Shown here in pieces: positions 1-7,365 of a stretch of 10,176 nt of DNA. This DNA is from Naegleria gruberi. Taxonomy: Eukaryota. The notes under the pieces were generated by a model. The model made no database searches, was not told the origin of the DNA, and saw only the letters and a list, made by a program, of their open reading frames with translations. The position numbers were made by a program, and so were the translations under genes. Every line of letters begins with the position of its first letter. The stretch's first letter is position 1. Location: the NCBI GenBank assembly GCA_000004985.1, contig GG739028.1. One strand, written 5' to 3'.

Positions 1-589
1 TAGGAGTGGATGACACACAGCACTATCATAGTATTTGTTATAGGTATTGTTGTTAATGATGATGGAATCGTTGGAAAGAGTTTCGAATATGTTGTAGGAA
101 AGAGATGTAATGACATCATGTGGTTGGTGGTGAAAGGACATTTGATGACGTTTTTCGCTGTTGCTATTTCAAATGCGAGCTCACACGCCAAGGTTCAAGT
201 CGTTACGAAACTAAACTAATCTCTCAGATAAACAATGAGAGTGTTGTGAGTTGTTTTCTTTTTGTTTAGTTTTGCACCACGACATGCAACAATGAACCTG
301 AATGTTTTGGCGGCTACTTTCCAATCATGAAATTGCAAAAGCCACAAAGATGCACAATGTTTGAAGTTGCGACACAGAGTTGACTGATAACATATTGCCA
401 TCACAGCCTAGTGGTGAACCATGTCTAAATAAGGTGGATTTTGGTTGCATTTTGATTAAAGTATTTTAGAAATTATTAGAAAGAAGTGAACCTTGATGGA
501 GGAACTGAGTACAATTTATATTTGCTCTTGTAAACGTTTAGGATTCCGACTTTAGTTTACATTAGAAAAGTATGTGATTAGAAAATAAA

Positions 590-713
590 GCCGATCACAA
601 TTTTCTTTCATCTTTCGCGTTTTATTTCTCCATTAAGGAAGTAACTAGAACTTCATAATTGGTAAAATTCCCAACTCCTCCAATTGTTTCAAATACGATG
701 CTTGGAAACGAGT
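590..713 (-). repeat. Dispersed copy, ~85% identical, of the last ~22 codons plus ~65 bp of 3'UTR of the RGS-domain gene; partner copy at 7293-7437 in the same orientation
   Basis: Direct alignment of 595-713 with 7298-7437. Both share tcacaattttctttcatctttcg...ttaaggaagt(a/g)actaga(a/c)cttcat(a/g)attggtaaaa(t/c)tcccaa...gtttc(a/t)(a/c)atacgatgcttggaaacgagt. The minus-strand translation of copy 1 gives TRFQASYLKQLEELGILPIMKF*; the real gene gives TRFQASYEKQLEKELGVLPIMKV*. Confidence 0.7.
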
Positions 714-716
714 GTT
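645..716 (-). pseudogene. Truncated 3'-terminal fragment of an RGS-domain gene paralog (24 codons including stop, preceded by an in-frame TGA); gene relic
   Basis: Minus-strand reading gives ...DRI*NTRFQASYLKQLEELGILPIMKF*. It is homologous to the C-terminus of the ORF 7366-7956. Homology ends abruptly at 713/714, where a 15-bp direct repeat (685-699 and 713-727, tgtttcaaatacgat) marks the breakpoint. Confidence 0.55.
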
Positions 717-786
717 TCAAATACGATCACTTTTTCAATCTCATCGTTAATGAACACAAGAATAGAAAACTTCCCAAAGTGATTTT

Positions 787-795
787 AAAAAAAAA
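787..795 (+). promoter_or_regulatory. A9 tract in the putative 5'UTR/core promoter, 18 nt upstream of the ATG at 813 (context attttaaaaaaaaacaa)
   Basis: Seen directly. The same attttaaaaaaaaa(aa)caa motif occurs upstream of the ATG at 3169, and a similar A9+cacc precedes the minus-strand ATG at 9168. Confidence 0.3.
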
Positions 796-812
796 CAAAG
801 AAACCTTATAAT

Positions 813-1268
813 ATGATTAATCTAGAGTGTGAAGTTGCACCTCTCTTGAGAAAGTTCATGTATCTTGCCAATATTATGGTGGCAGGATATGTGGCTTGTT
901 TCGCTCTATTCTTTCCTCAACAGGCACAATCTGAACTCTTCTATGGGAATTCACTTACTGATGATGGAAGTACCATAGCAGTAATGATTGTTGGATGTCA
1001 TTGGATGGCCATTGTCATCATTTCAATGTTGGGATTGTTCTTTCCATTACAATGTTCCATCGTTTTCGTTCATCAATTGATTTATAAGAGTTTGTACTTG
1101 TTGTTGGTTGCCTTGCCTGCCATGTGGATGAAGAGAGAGGTGCCACAACCCATGACCACACTCTTTGCTATTTGGGTGTTGTTGTTGCCTTTGGTCATTC
1201 CATGGCATTACTTGTTTCACAGTGAAGATAATATTTCAGCAAAACCTGTTTCAACAAAACAAGAATAA
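813..1268 (+). CDS. Small (151 aa) four-pass transmembrane protein of unknown family
   Basis: ATG in an A-rich context. Four hydrophobic segments (LANIMVAGYVACFALFF; STIAVMIVGCHWMAIVIISMLGLFF; LYLLLVALPAMWM; LFAIWVLLLPLVIPWHYLF). TAA stop at 1266-1268 overlapped by AATAAA at 1267-1272. Codon-like composition. Confidence 0.6.
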   Translation: MINLECEVAPLLRKFMYLANIMVAGYVACFALFFPQQAQSELFYGNSLTDDGSTIAVMIVGCHWMAIVIISMLGLFFPLQCSIVFVHQLIYKSLYLLLVALPAMWMKREVPQPMTTLFAIWVLLLPLVIPWHYLFHSEDNISAKPVSTKQE

Positions 1269-1272
1269 TAAA
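1267..1272 (+). promoter_or_regulatory. AATAAA polyadenylation-signal-like hexamer directly after the stop of the 813-1268 gene
   Basis: Sequence taataaacaaacaaactg. Confidence 0.3.
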
Positions 1273-1462
1273 CAAACAAACTGTAAAGTTCTTATGATTT
1301 CCATCGTAATCTCCTTTCTCTTCATTGAATAAGTTCCATCTATTCTTCTTGGATCAGTATGGAAACTTTTCCAAAGTAATAGAATGAGATTAAGAAACTT
1401 AAGCAATTCTTTGAGTTTTGTGAGTGCAGCAAAAACCCATTCCTTAGTCTTAAAACCAAAAA

Positions 1463-2348
1463 ATGCGCAAGCTTACCCACACTGTATTAAAATCACATTC
1501 TTCTGCAGTGATTAATGCTCGCAAAGTGGTGCCCTCTATCATCAAATCATCATCAATAATTCTTACAGATAATAGTTTGAATGTTTCATGGCATCAATGG
1601 AAATGTTTTCATACAACAAGTCCTTGGCAAAATCAATCCTTCACACGGGACGGTTCTTCGGTTCTTGGGGGAAAGCCACCAACAGAGACACCAGACAATA
1701 AATCCATCATCACCCTAGCATTGAAAGACTTTGACACCTGGTCGGTTGCACAAGTATCTGCTGTGTTGATGTTGAGCAAACAGGAAGGGGGTATCGGTTT
1801 GTCCGAGGAGAAGATCAAACCACTCTATGATTCTGCTTTTGATGGACTGGCTCTGAGCTATATTTCAACAATAGATTAGAAGGAAAGAGTGAAATCAGTT
1901 GTATCGAACATACCATCAAGACAATGACAAACAGTAAGGACTTTGCTTCAGTGCCGAAAACTACTTGCACAACTGTTGTTGAATGGGTTGCCACCAAGTT
2001 GACACCTAAACCATATCGGTTGTGGAACACTCAAGAGTTAGATGATTTTCTTAGCAAACCAAAAGCCGAAGGAGGTGCTGGATTGAGTGATGAGTCCGTG
2101 GTCTACCTCCATCGTGCCAAAATCGACAACCTAACACTTGCCCGAATTGTTACTGTCATTAAGGAAGAAAGAATGAAAGGCCTTACAGAAGAAGAATGTA
2201 TTGAGCTTGCCACAAAGATAATGACAAGCGATAAGGACTTTGCTTTAGTACCAGAATCTACTTGTAAAGCTGTCACTGAGTGGGTTGCTACCAAGTTGGC
2301 TCGAAAGGCTGATGAGAGAGGTACTTTCATTAACATACCCTCCGATTG
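1463..2348 (+). CDS. Protein with a basic, acid-free N-terminal presequence (possibly mitochondrial) and at least two SAM-like modules plus repeated KDF(A)xVPxxTCxxVxEWVATKL blocks. The frame shifts -1 near 1862-1880 and the gene is truncated by the N gap at 2349
   Basis: ATG at 1463 (aaaaaATGcgc). SAM-like motifs W-S-V-A-Q-V-S-A-V-L...FDGLAL and WNTQELDDFL...AKIDNLTL. Frame-2 ORF 1463-1879 and frame-1 ORF (open from 1843) are homologous on both sides of the junction (GKSEISCIEHTIKTMTNSKDFA vs GLTEEECIELATKIMTSDKDFA), so they form one gene with a 1-nt frame discontinuity. Confidence 0.55.
1915..2310 (+). repeat. Intragenic tandem duplication: ~95-bp blocks at ~1915-2010 and ~2212-2307 (period 297 bp, ~75% identity) encoding the repeated protein module
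   Basis: aaggactttgcttcagtgccgaaaactacttgcacaactgttgttgaatgggttgccaccaagttg aligns with aaggactttgctttagtaccagaatctacttgtaaagctgtcactgagtgggttgctaccaagttg. Confidence 0.65.
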
Positions 2349-2398
2349 NNNNNNNNNNNNNNNNNNNNNNNNNNNNNNNNNNNNNNNNNNNNNNNNNN
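2349..2398. other. Assembly gap (50 N, conventional unknown-size placeholder) interrupting the SAM-repeat gene
   Basis: Run of n. Confidence 0.98.
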
Positions 2399-3155
2399 TC
2401 ATTAGGAGCATTGTTCACTGTTGTTTGTGGTTTTTCTGCTCACATTACGTCCCAACAAGTGGTTTCATTGGAAGAACTGGTCTTGCCTTTGTTATGGTCC
2501 GCACTGTTAAACATCAATTGCCTTCTGTATAGAGGGGTTCTGATGGGTTGTTGTGAAATTCACTGAAAGTGATGTCAAATTTGTTTCCACTGTGATTCCA
2601 GAATTTGCCAGAGTTGGGATTTCTGCAAATCAAGGAGGAATAAGGTAACATATGATCGTGGTGTACTTGTTTTGCCAAGAGCTGTGAAATTCTCTTGACG
2701 TGACCAAAAAAACCCCTAATCAATCCCAGATGTCCAATTGTTGAGTTGATCTTTAGGATGACTTGAACAGTACAAAATGTTTCGTTTGGTTGGTTTGTCT
2801 GTCACTTTACGAAATTGCATTCATATCTTGCTCATGATGCTCCTCGTTGCCTCACTTGTTGAAGAGAAATTTATTTATCGAATCACACAGGACGCCAACT
2901 GCTTGTGTGCAAAGCAGATTGTTTTGGTAACGATGCTCGAATCTGATTGCAATCTTCATAGGAATGAGAGGATGAGTGTGAAGAAATTGCCAAATCATCA
3001 GCCAATGCATTTATTAAGCATACGACGAACTCAACTGAGATGCTGTTCTCTCACAGTTGGGCAAATGAATTAGTAACGATACTGCATGGCAAATAACAAC
3101 TCATTAATGGGAGTGGTGAGGTGGTGTTCAACAAAAACAAAGAGCAGCATATTTT

Positions 3156-3166
3156 AAAAAAAAAAA
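3156..3166 (+). promoter_or_regulatory. A11 tract immediately (2 nt) upstream of the ATG at 3169
   Basis: attttaaaaaaaaaaacaATGact; the same motif as at 787-795. Confidence 0.3.
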
Positions 3167-3168
3167 CA

Positions 3169-4359
3169 ATGACTCTCTCTACTATTGAGAGTTTATTTTC
3201 TGTGACAGGTAATGGACAAACAAACACACTTGTTTCTCCATCTGCAAGAATCAGCAGATACAAAACAATCAAAGACTTTGTTAACATCACCAAGAAACAT
3301 GGCAATAACAAAGAATTCACTCTAAAAGAATCTCCAATGCAGAAATATTGTTCCAAAGTGGGAGATACATTTTTGTGTCAACAAAGAAATAGCAAAGGTA
3401 ATTCAACAAGTGTGTGTGTTGATGTTGGTGTTGCCAATTTTTCTTCCATGATGTTTAGTGAATCTTTTTTAATGGTCCAACCAAAAAAACAAACAAACAA
3501 TGACACATCCTTGGTGGATTTATTGTCATTGTTCAACATGTTGACACATACATTGCGAGATGAGACAGTTTATGAATTGTTGTTGCAGCTTTTTTCAAAT
3601 GATATTGACTTATTCGAAACCTTTTGTAAAGATTTACAAAAGAGAAACGAAAAAGTATCTTCATTATTCATTGCTTTTTCTGTAAATGTGGTTTCATTTA
3701 ATTCTTACATCCTTTTGCAAAAAGATAGAATGCGAATTTCAGATAGTCTTTACCATGAGATTCGAATTAGATTCTTTCTTGAAAAATATTTACCTCCCTT
3801 AGATGACTTAAAAGACACAAGAAAAGAAAAAAACATAGAAGTGCTTGGCTTTTATGATGTAAATATTAGATCTGTCAGTTATGTAGCCAGTGTTCAGCAT
3901 GAAAAAGAGCAGATATATGAGGACATTGATGAGCCAGAGGATGCCTGTGAAGATACTTGTCAAAATATTTGTCAAGATAGCTGTCAGAATATTTCTTCAA
4001 ATCCTACACAAGACAACCAATCGTCCAACAGTGTTGGTGTTGCAATGAGTATGTCGAGTAATGTGTTGAATGAATCACCTGTGACGGTAAAAGGAAATAA
4101 GAAACAAACGACAGTCGTGTTTGTTAAAAATATTACAAAATTGGTAAAGAGTATTTTGAAATTGGAATTAATCGAAACCATCAATAGACAAACAAAAGGA
4201 AAAGTTATTTCTGAGAACGATATGGCTTTTTTGGAAAAAGCAACAAAAGAGGCCATTATGAGTTATGGAATGGATCAAAAGGGTCTTAATGGTTTGACAG
4301 TTTTGGGTGTATCTATGCGAGGTTCTAGAGTTTTTATGCTCAATGTCCCTTTTCAATAA
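3169..4359 (+). CDS. Hypothetical protein (397 aa from the first ATG) with an acidic/Cys-periodic segment (EDIDEPEDACEDTCQNICQDSCQNIS). Possibly the N-terminal half of the downstream TET/JBP gene, separated from it by a 1-nt frame discontinuity at ~4340-4365
   Basis: Long ORF (ORF track 3121-4359 starts at a GTG; first ATG is 3169, behind the A11 tract). The next ORF opens in another frame at 4329, before this one ends at 4359, with no intergenic space. No recognisable domain by eye. Confidence 0.5.
   Translation: MTLSTIESLFSVTGNGQTNTLVSPSARISRYKTIKDFVNITKKHGNNKEFTLKESPMQKYCSKVGDTFLCQQRNSKGNSTSVCVDVGVANFSSMMFSESFLMVQPKKQTNNDTSLVDLLSLFNMLTHTLRDETVYELLLQLFSNDIDLFETFCKDLQKRNEKVSSLFIAFSVNVVSFNSYILLQKDRMRISDSLYHEIRIRFFLEKYLPPLDDLKDTRKEKNIEVLGFYDVNIRSVSYVASVQHEKEQIYEDIDEPEDACEDTCQNICQDSCQNISSNPTQDNQSSNSVGVAMSMSSNVLNESPVTVKGNKKQTTVVFVKNITKLVKSILKLELIETINRQTKGKVISENDMAFLEKATKEAIMSYGMDQKGLNGLTVLGVSMRGSRVFMLNVPFQ
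3958..3993 (+). repeat. Imperfect 12-bp x3 tandem repeat (tgtcaaaatatt / tgtcaagatagc / tgtcagaatatt) encoding a C-x3-C-x3-C-x3 periodic cysteine motif
   Basis: Seen directly; Cys codons at 3945, 3958, 3970, 3982. Confidence 0.6.
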
Positions 4360-4364
4360 TTCCA

Positions 4365-5166
4365 TTGGCCCTATGGAATGGTAAGGAAAAAGATATTTTA
4401 TTTATATCAAACATTATAAGGGCAGAGCTTGATGAATTGCGTAAACAGGTAGTGGTTATTGAATACAATGGAAAAAATTACAAGTATGAATTAAAAAACA
4501 AACTTGTTACTGATTTGTCTGCGTTTAAATATTTAAATGGATGGAGCAGAATTAATTGTCCATTTTGTGATTGTCCAAACGCACATAGTTCAATTAAACA
4601 GGGATGCACTGTTGTGGAAAGGTCTGGTAACACAGAAATTTCAAATTGTTTAGGATTTGATCATACTGATTTTATAATTTGTTATTTACATTTACTCGAA
4701 AGAATCATTCAACATCTATTAAGGCTTAGTTTAGGTACAGCAGAAGAAAATTTCGATTCTATGGTAAAAGAAATTCAAATGGTTTCAACATTAAGAAACT
4801 TGATGTTTGAACCAGATGAAAATGGAGATTACAATTTATATCTCACTGGTGACCAATGTGAAGCTCTATTGCAAGGACGTGCTAAATTTTTTAAAAATTG
4901 TCCAAAACATATTCAAGAATTATGGAACGAAGGCAATCACATTCTTGATATATTCAAAAAAGGGCTGAGCAATGGCGATTATCAAGATTTCCAATTATCT
5001 CTTGATCGTTTCTTCCAGAAATTTAAAAAGTATTCAACAATAGGAAGCTGGTATGTTCACATAATTATGTATCATGGGGTTGCTTTGTTAAAAACGTATG
5101 GAGGCTTGTCAAAATGGAGTGCAGAAGGTTTTGAACATTTTCATAGACTTCTTGAATATATTTTGG
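4365..5166 (+). CDS. N-terminal/middle region of a TET/JBP-family dioxygenase protein (pre-gap part). Contains a Cys cluster NCPFCDCPNAH...C...C and a His-rich segment; function of this region unknown
   Basis: Continuous ORF (frame open from 4329; no ATG at its start, first codon in the track is TTG). Same frame as the post-gap catalytic domain, though the gap length is an estimate. Confidence 0.5.
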
Positions 5167-6044
5167 NNNNNNNNNNNNNNNNNNNNNNNNNNNNNNNNNN
5201 NNNNNNNNNNNNNNNNNNNNNNNNNNNNNNNNNNNNNNNNNNNNNNNNNNNNNNNNNNNNNNNNNNNNNNNNNNNNNNNNNNNNNNNNNNNNNNNNNNNN
5301 NNNNNNNNNNNNNNNNNNNNNNNNNNNNNNNNNNNNNNNNNNNNNNNNNNNNNNNNNNNNNNNNNNNNNNNNNNNNNNNNNNNNNNNNNNNNNNNNNNNN
5401 NNNNNNNNNNNNNNNNNNNNNNNNNNNNNNNNNNNNNNNNNNNNNNNNNNNNNNNNNNNNNNNNNNNNNNNNNNNNNNNNNNNNNNNNNNNNNNNNNNNN
5501 NNNNNNNNNNNNNNNNNNNNNNNNNNNNNNNNNNNNNNNNNNNNNNNNNNNNNNNNNNNNNNNNNNNNNNNNNNNNNNNNNNNNNNNNNNNNNNNNNNNN
5601 NNNNNNNNNNNNNNNNNNNNNNNNNNNNNNNNNNNNNNNNNNNNNNNNNNNNNNNNNNNNNNNNNNNNNNNNNNNNNNNNNNNNNNNNNNNNNNNNNNNN
5701 NNNNNNNNNNNNNNNNNNNNNNNNNNNNNNNNNNNNNNNNNNNNNNNNNNNNNNNNNNNNNNNNNNNNNNNNNNNNNNNNNNNNNNNNNNNNNNNNNNNN
5801 NNNNNNNNNNNNNNNNNNNNNNNNNNNNNNNNNNNNNNNNNNNNNNNNNNNNNNNNNNNNNNNNNNNNNNNNNNNNNNNNNNNNNNNNNNNNNNNNNNNN
5901 NNNNNNNNNNNNNNNNNNNNNNNNNNNNNNNNNNNNNNNNNNNNNNNNNNNNNNNNNNNNNNNNNNNNNNNNNNNNNNNNNNNNNNNNNNNNNNNNNNNN
6001 NNNNNNNNNNNNNNNNNNNNNNNNNNNNNNNNNNNNNNNNNNNN
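5167..6044. other. Assembly gap (878 N) inside the TET/JBP-like gene
   Basis: Run of n. Confidence 0.98.
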
Positions 6045-6455
6045 ATTCTTGAATCACGATTTGTTCCAATTAGTGCTACCAATTTCATGATCCCAGGAAA
6101 CAAGCATAGAATTTTAAAACCACACAAGGACAATCAGGATGTGGGATTGTGCATTATCTTTTATTTTGGAAATTACAATGCTCCATTGGAATTTGTAAAC
6201 AAGGGAAGCGTATTTAATACTGAGAGAGGAGATGTTCTTTTAATGCGAGGCTCTCATTTTCGGCATGTAGTTAAGCCTGTGGATAATGGTTTGTTGGAAC
6301 ATGTACATGACCCAATGAGAATTAGTGTTGTATTATTTGCACACAAAAGTTTGAAAATGAATCCATCTTATTTTCTAAACGCTGGTTCGGCCTTGAAGGC
6401 CCATGATGAAGACTTTCCTGAGAAAGCCAAGAAAAGAAAGAAAAAGAGAAAATAA
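6045..6455 (+). CDS. C-terminal catalytic double-stranded beta-helix domain of a TET/JBP-family 2-oxoglutarate/Fe(II) dioxygenase (NgTet-like), ending in a basic KKRKKKRK tail
   Basis: Motifs HRILKPHKDNQD (HxD iron ligands; H at 6123-6125, D at 6129-6131), GDVLLMRGSHFRHVVKPV (distal His at 6264-6266), and RISVVLFAHKSL (2OG-binding Arg at 6318-6320 followed by HK). From memory these nearly match Naegleria NgTet1 (HRIRKPHKDNLD...KHVV...WRIGLVYFAHK) and human TET2 (RLSLVFYQHKNL). TAA stop at 6453-6455 overlaps AATAAA. Confidence 0.8.
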   Translation: MLESRFVPISATNFMIPGNKHRILKPHKDNQDVGLCIIFYFGNYNAPLEFVNKGSVFNTERGDVLLMRGSHFRHVVKPVDNGLLEHVHDPMRISVVLFAHKSLKMNPSYFLNAGSALKAHDEDFPEKAKKRKKKRK

Positions 6456-6506
6456 AATTATTTTGTTTACTGTAGTTGTTTTTAACATGATTACAAAATT
6501 ATATAT

Positions 6507-7091
6507 TTGGAACCGGAAACCAGTTTTGACAACAAGAATATATTTGATAAAATAGTCGCTACACTAGTTTTTAATAGCTTACCTGGTAGTGTATTTATTC
6601 CAGAATCTGAAACTTTCCCAAGCTTTGATTATGCTATTATTATGTACAAAGAGAAATCATTAGAAATCTTTCTGAAACAAAGCACCATTTCTACTGTTGA
6701 ATCTCATTATTGTCATAGTAATGGCAAAACAGATGTGGATAATTTACTGGAACGTCTTTATGTTTTAAATAGAGAAGGAAAGGCAATGAAAAGGAAACAA
6801 AACGTTCCAGAACAATATCATTTCTCATTACTTGAATTGATACTTCATGGAATTGTTGGAAGTGAAGAAACCAAAGTTGAATTGTTACAAGCCAGAAAGG
6901 ATGATCCAAAGTTGATCAAAGATGGAAAACTTGAAAACTCAGTAACATATGGTGACGTAGAATTCACTTGGCATTACATTTACGAATCAGGTGTGGAAGA
7001 ACAATCTGTAAAGAATGTTAAGGAGAATGGTATACTTTTTAGAAATAGACAAGAAATTGAAGACCAAATGAAGATTTATTTTGAAAAATAA
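6507..7091 (+). CDS. Hypothetical protein (frame open from 6486; first in-frame ATG only at 6643, so the start is uncertain)
   Basis: Protein-like translation across the whole ORF (EPETSFDNKNIFDKIVATLVFNSLPGSVF...KIYFEK*). An upstream ATG at 6487 is in a different frame, so this may be another 1-nt frame problem. No domain recognised. Confidence 0.45.
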   Translation: MEPETSFDNKNIFDKIVATLVFNSLPGSVFIPESETFPSFDYAIIMYKEKSLEIFLKQSTISTVESHYCHSNGKTDVDNLLERLYVLNREGKAMKRKQNVPEQYHFSLLELILHGIVGSEETKVELLQARKDDPKLIKDGKLENSVTYGDVEFTWHYIYESGVEEQSVKNVKENGILFRNRQEIEDQMKIYFEK

Positions 7092-7365
7092 CATGATCAT
7101 CATTTTCAAACATTGTCAGAACATTTAGAATCACATTGGTGCAAAAAATTATAAGTTCATTAAATACATTTGTATCAGATAATGATTGACAACCACAGGC
7201 ACTTTTCGGTTAATGGAAAACATTAATGGATCAAATCCACTATCTTTCCCAAACATATTTGTTCTTGTTACTTCAGTTGTGAAGAGGCCAATGACGCTCA
7301 CAATTTTCTTTCATCTTTCGAATTTTAAGTGTTTCTCAATTATTTCAATAATATTAAGGAAGTGA

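Noticed and set aside
75-95. tRNA-like B-box (agtttcgaatatg resembles GGTTCGAATCC)
   Set aside because: No flanking T-stem complementarity, no A-box, and no acceptor-stem pairing could be built. It is probably chance.
1-219. Plus ORF 10-219 (69 aa, one hydrophobic segment) versus a minus-strand ORF starting at ATG ~137-135 and running off the window start (MSFHHQPHDVITSLSYNIFETLSNDSIIINNNTYNKYYDSAVCHPLL...)
   Set aside because: The two are mutually exclusive and both look moderately codon-like. Neither has a recognisable domain, and the window edge prevents a decision, so neither was called.
1862-1880. Programmed ribosomal frameshifting (Euplotes-style +1 at AAA-TAR, or -1 slippery site) at the frame breaks
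   Set aside because: The shift direction at 1862-1880 is -1 and no X-XXY-YYZ heptamer is present. TAA/TAG clearly function as stops elsewhere, and the window is multi-gene chromosomal DNA, not a nanochromosome.
2514-2801. Minus-strand open frame (~96 codons, no ATG) containing VHHDHM, which I briefly considered as a metallo-beta-lactamase HxHxDH motif
   Set aside because: The spacing is H-H-D-H, not H-x-H-x-D-H, and there is no other support. The region between the first gap and 3100 has no convincing gene; it may hold the lost 3' end of the SAM-repeat gene or be non-coding.
2777-3073. ORF 2777-3073 + with a signal-peptide-like start
   Set aside because: Its composition (C, H, R, L rich; rare codons) looks like a non-coding frame. 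It lies in the probable promoter/5' region of the 3169 gene.
5065-6133. Long ORFs in several frames and strands (5065-6069 -, 5098-6090 +, 5141-6133 -) and 2103-2411 -, 2285-2566 +
   Set aside because: They are artefacts of translating runs of N as X. No sequence information supports them.
3100-7235. Possible terminal repeats (cattaatgg at ~3105 and ~7215) flanking the TET-containing block, suggesting a transposon
   Set aside because: Only a 9-bp match, built around the palindromic ATTAAT. This is not significant in AT-rich sequence, and no target-site duplication or longer TIR could be seen by eye.
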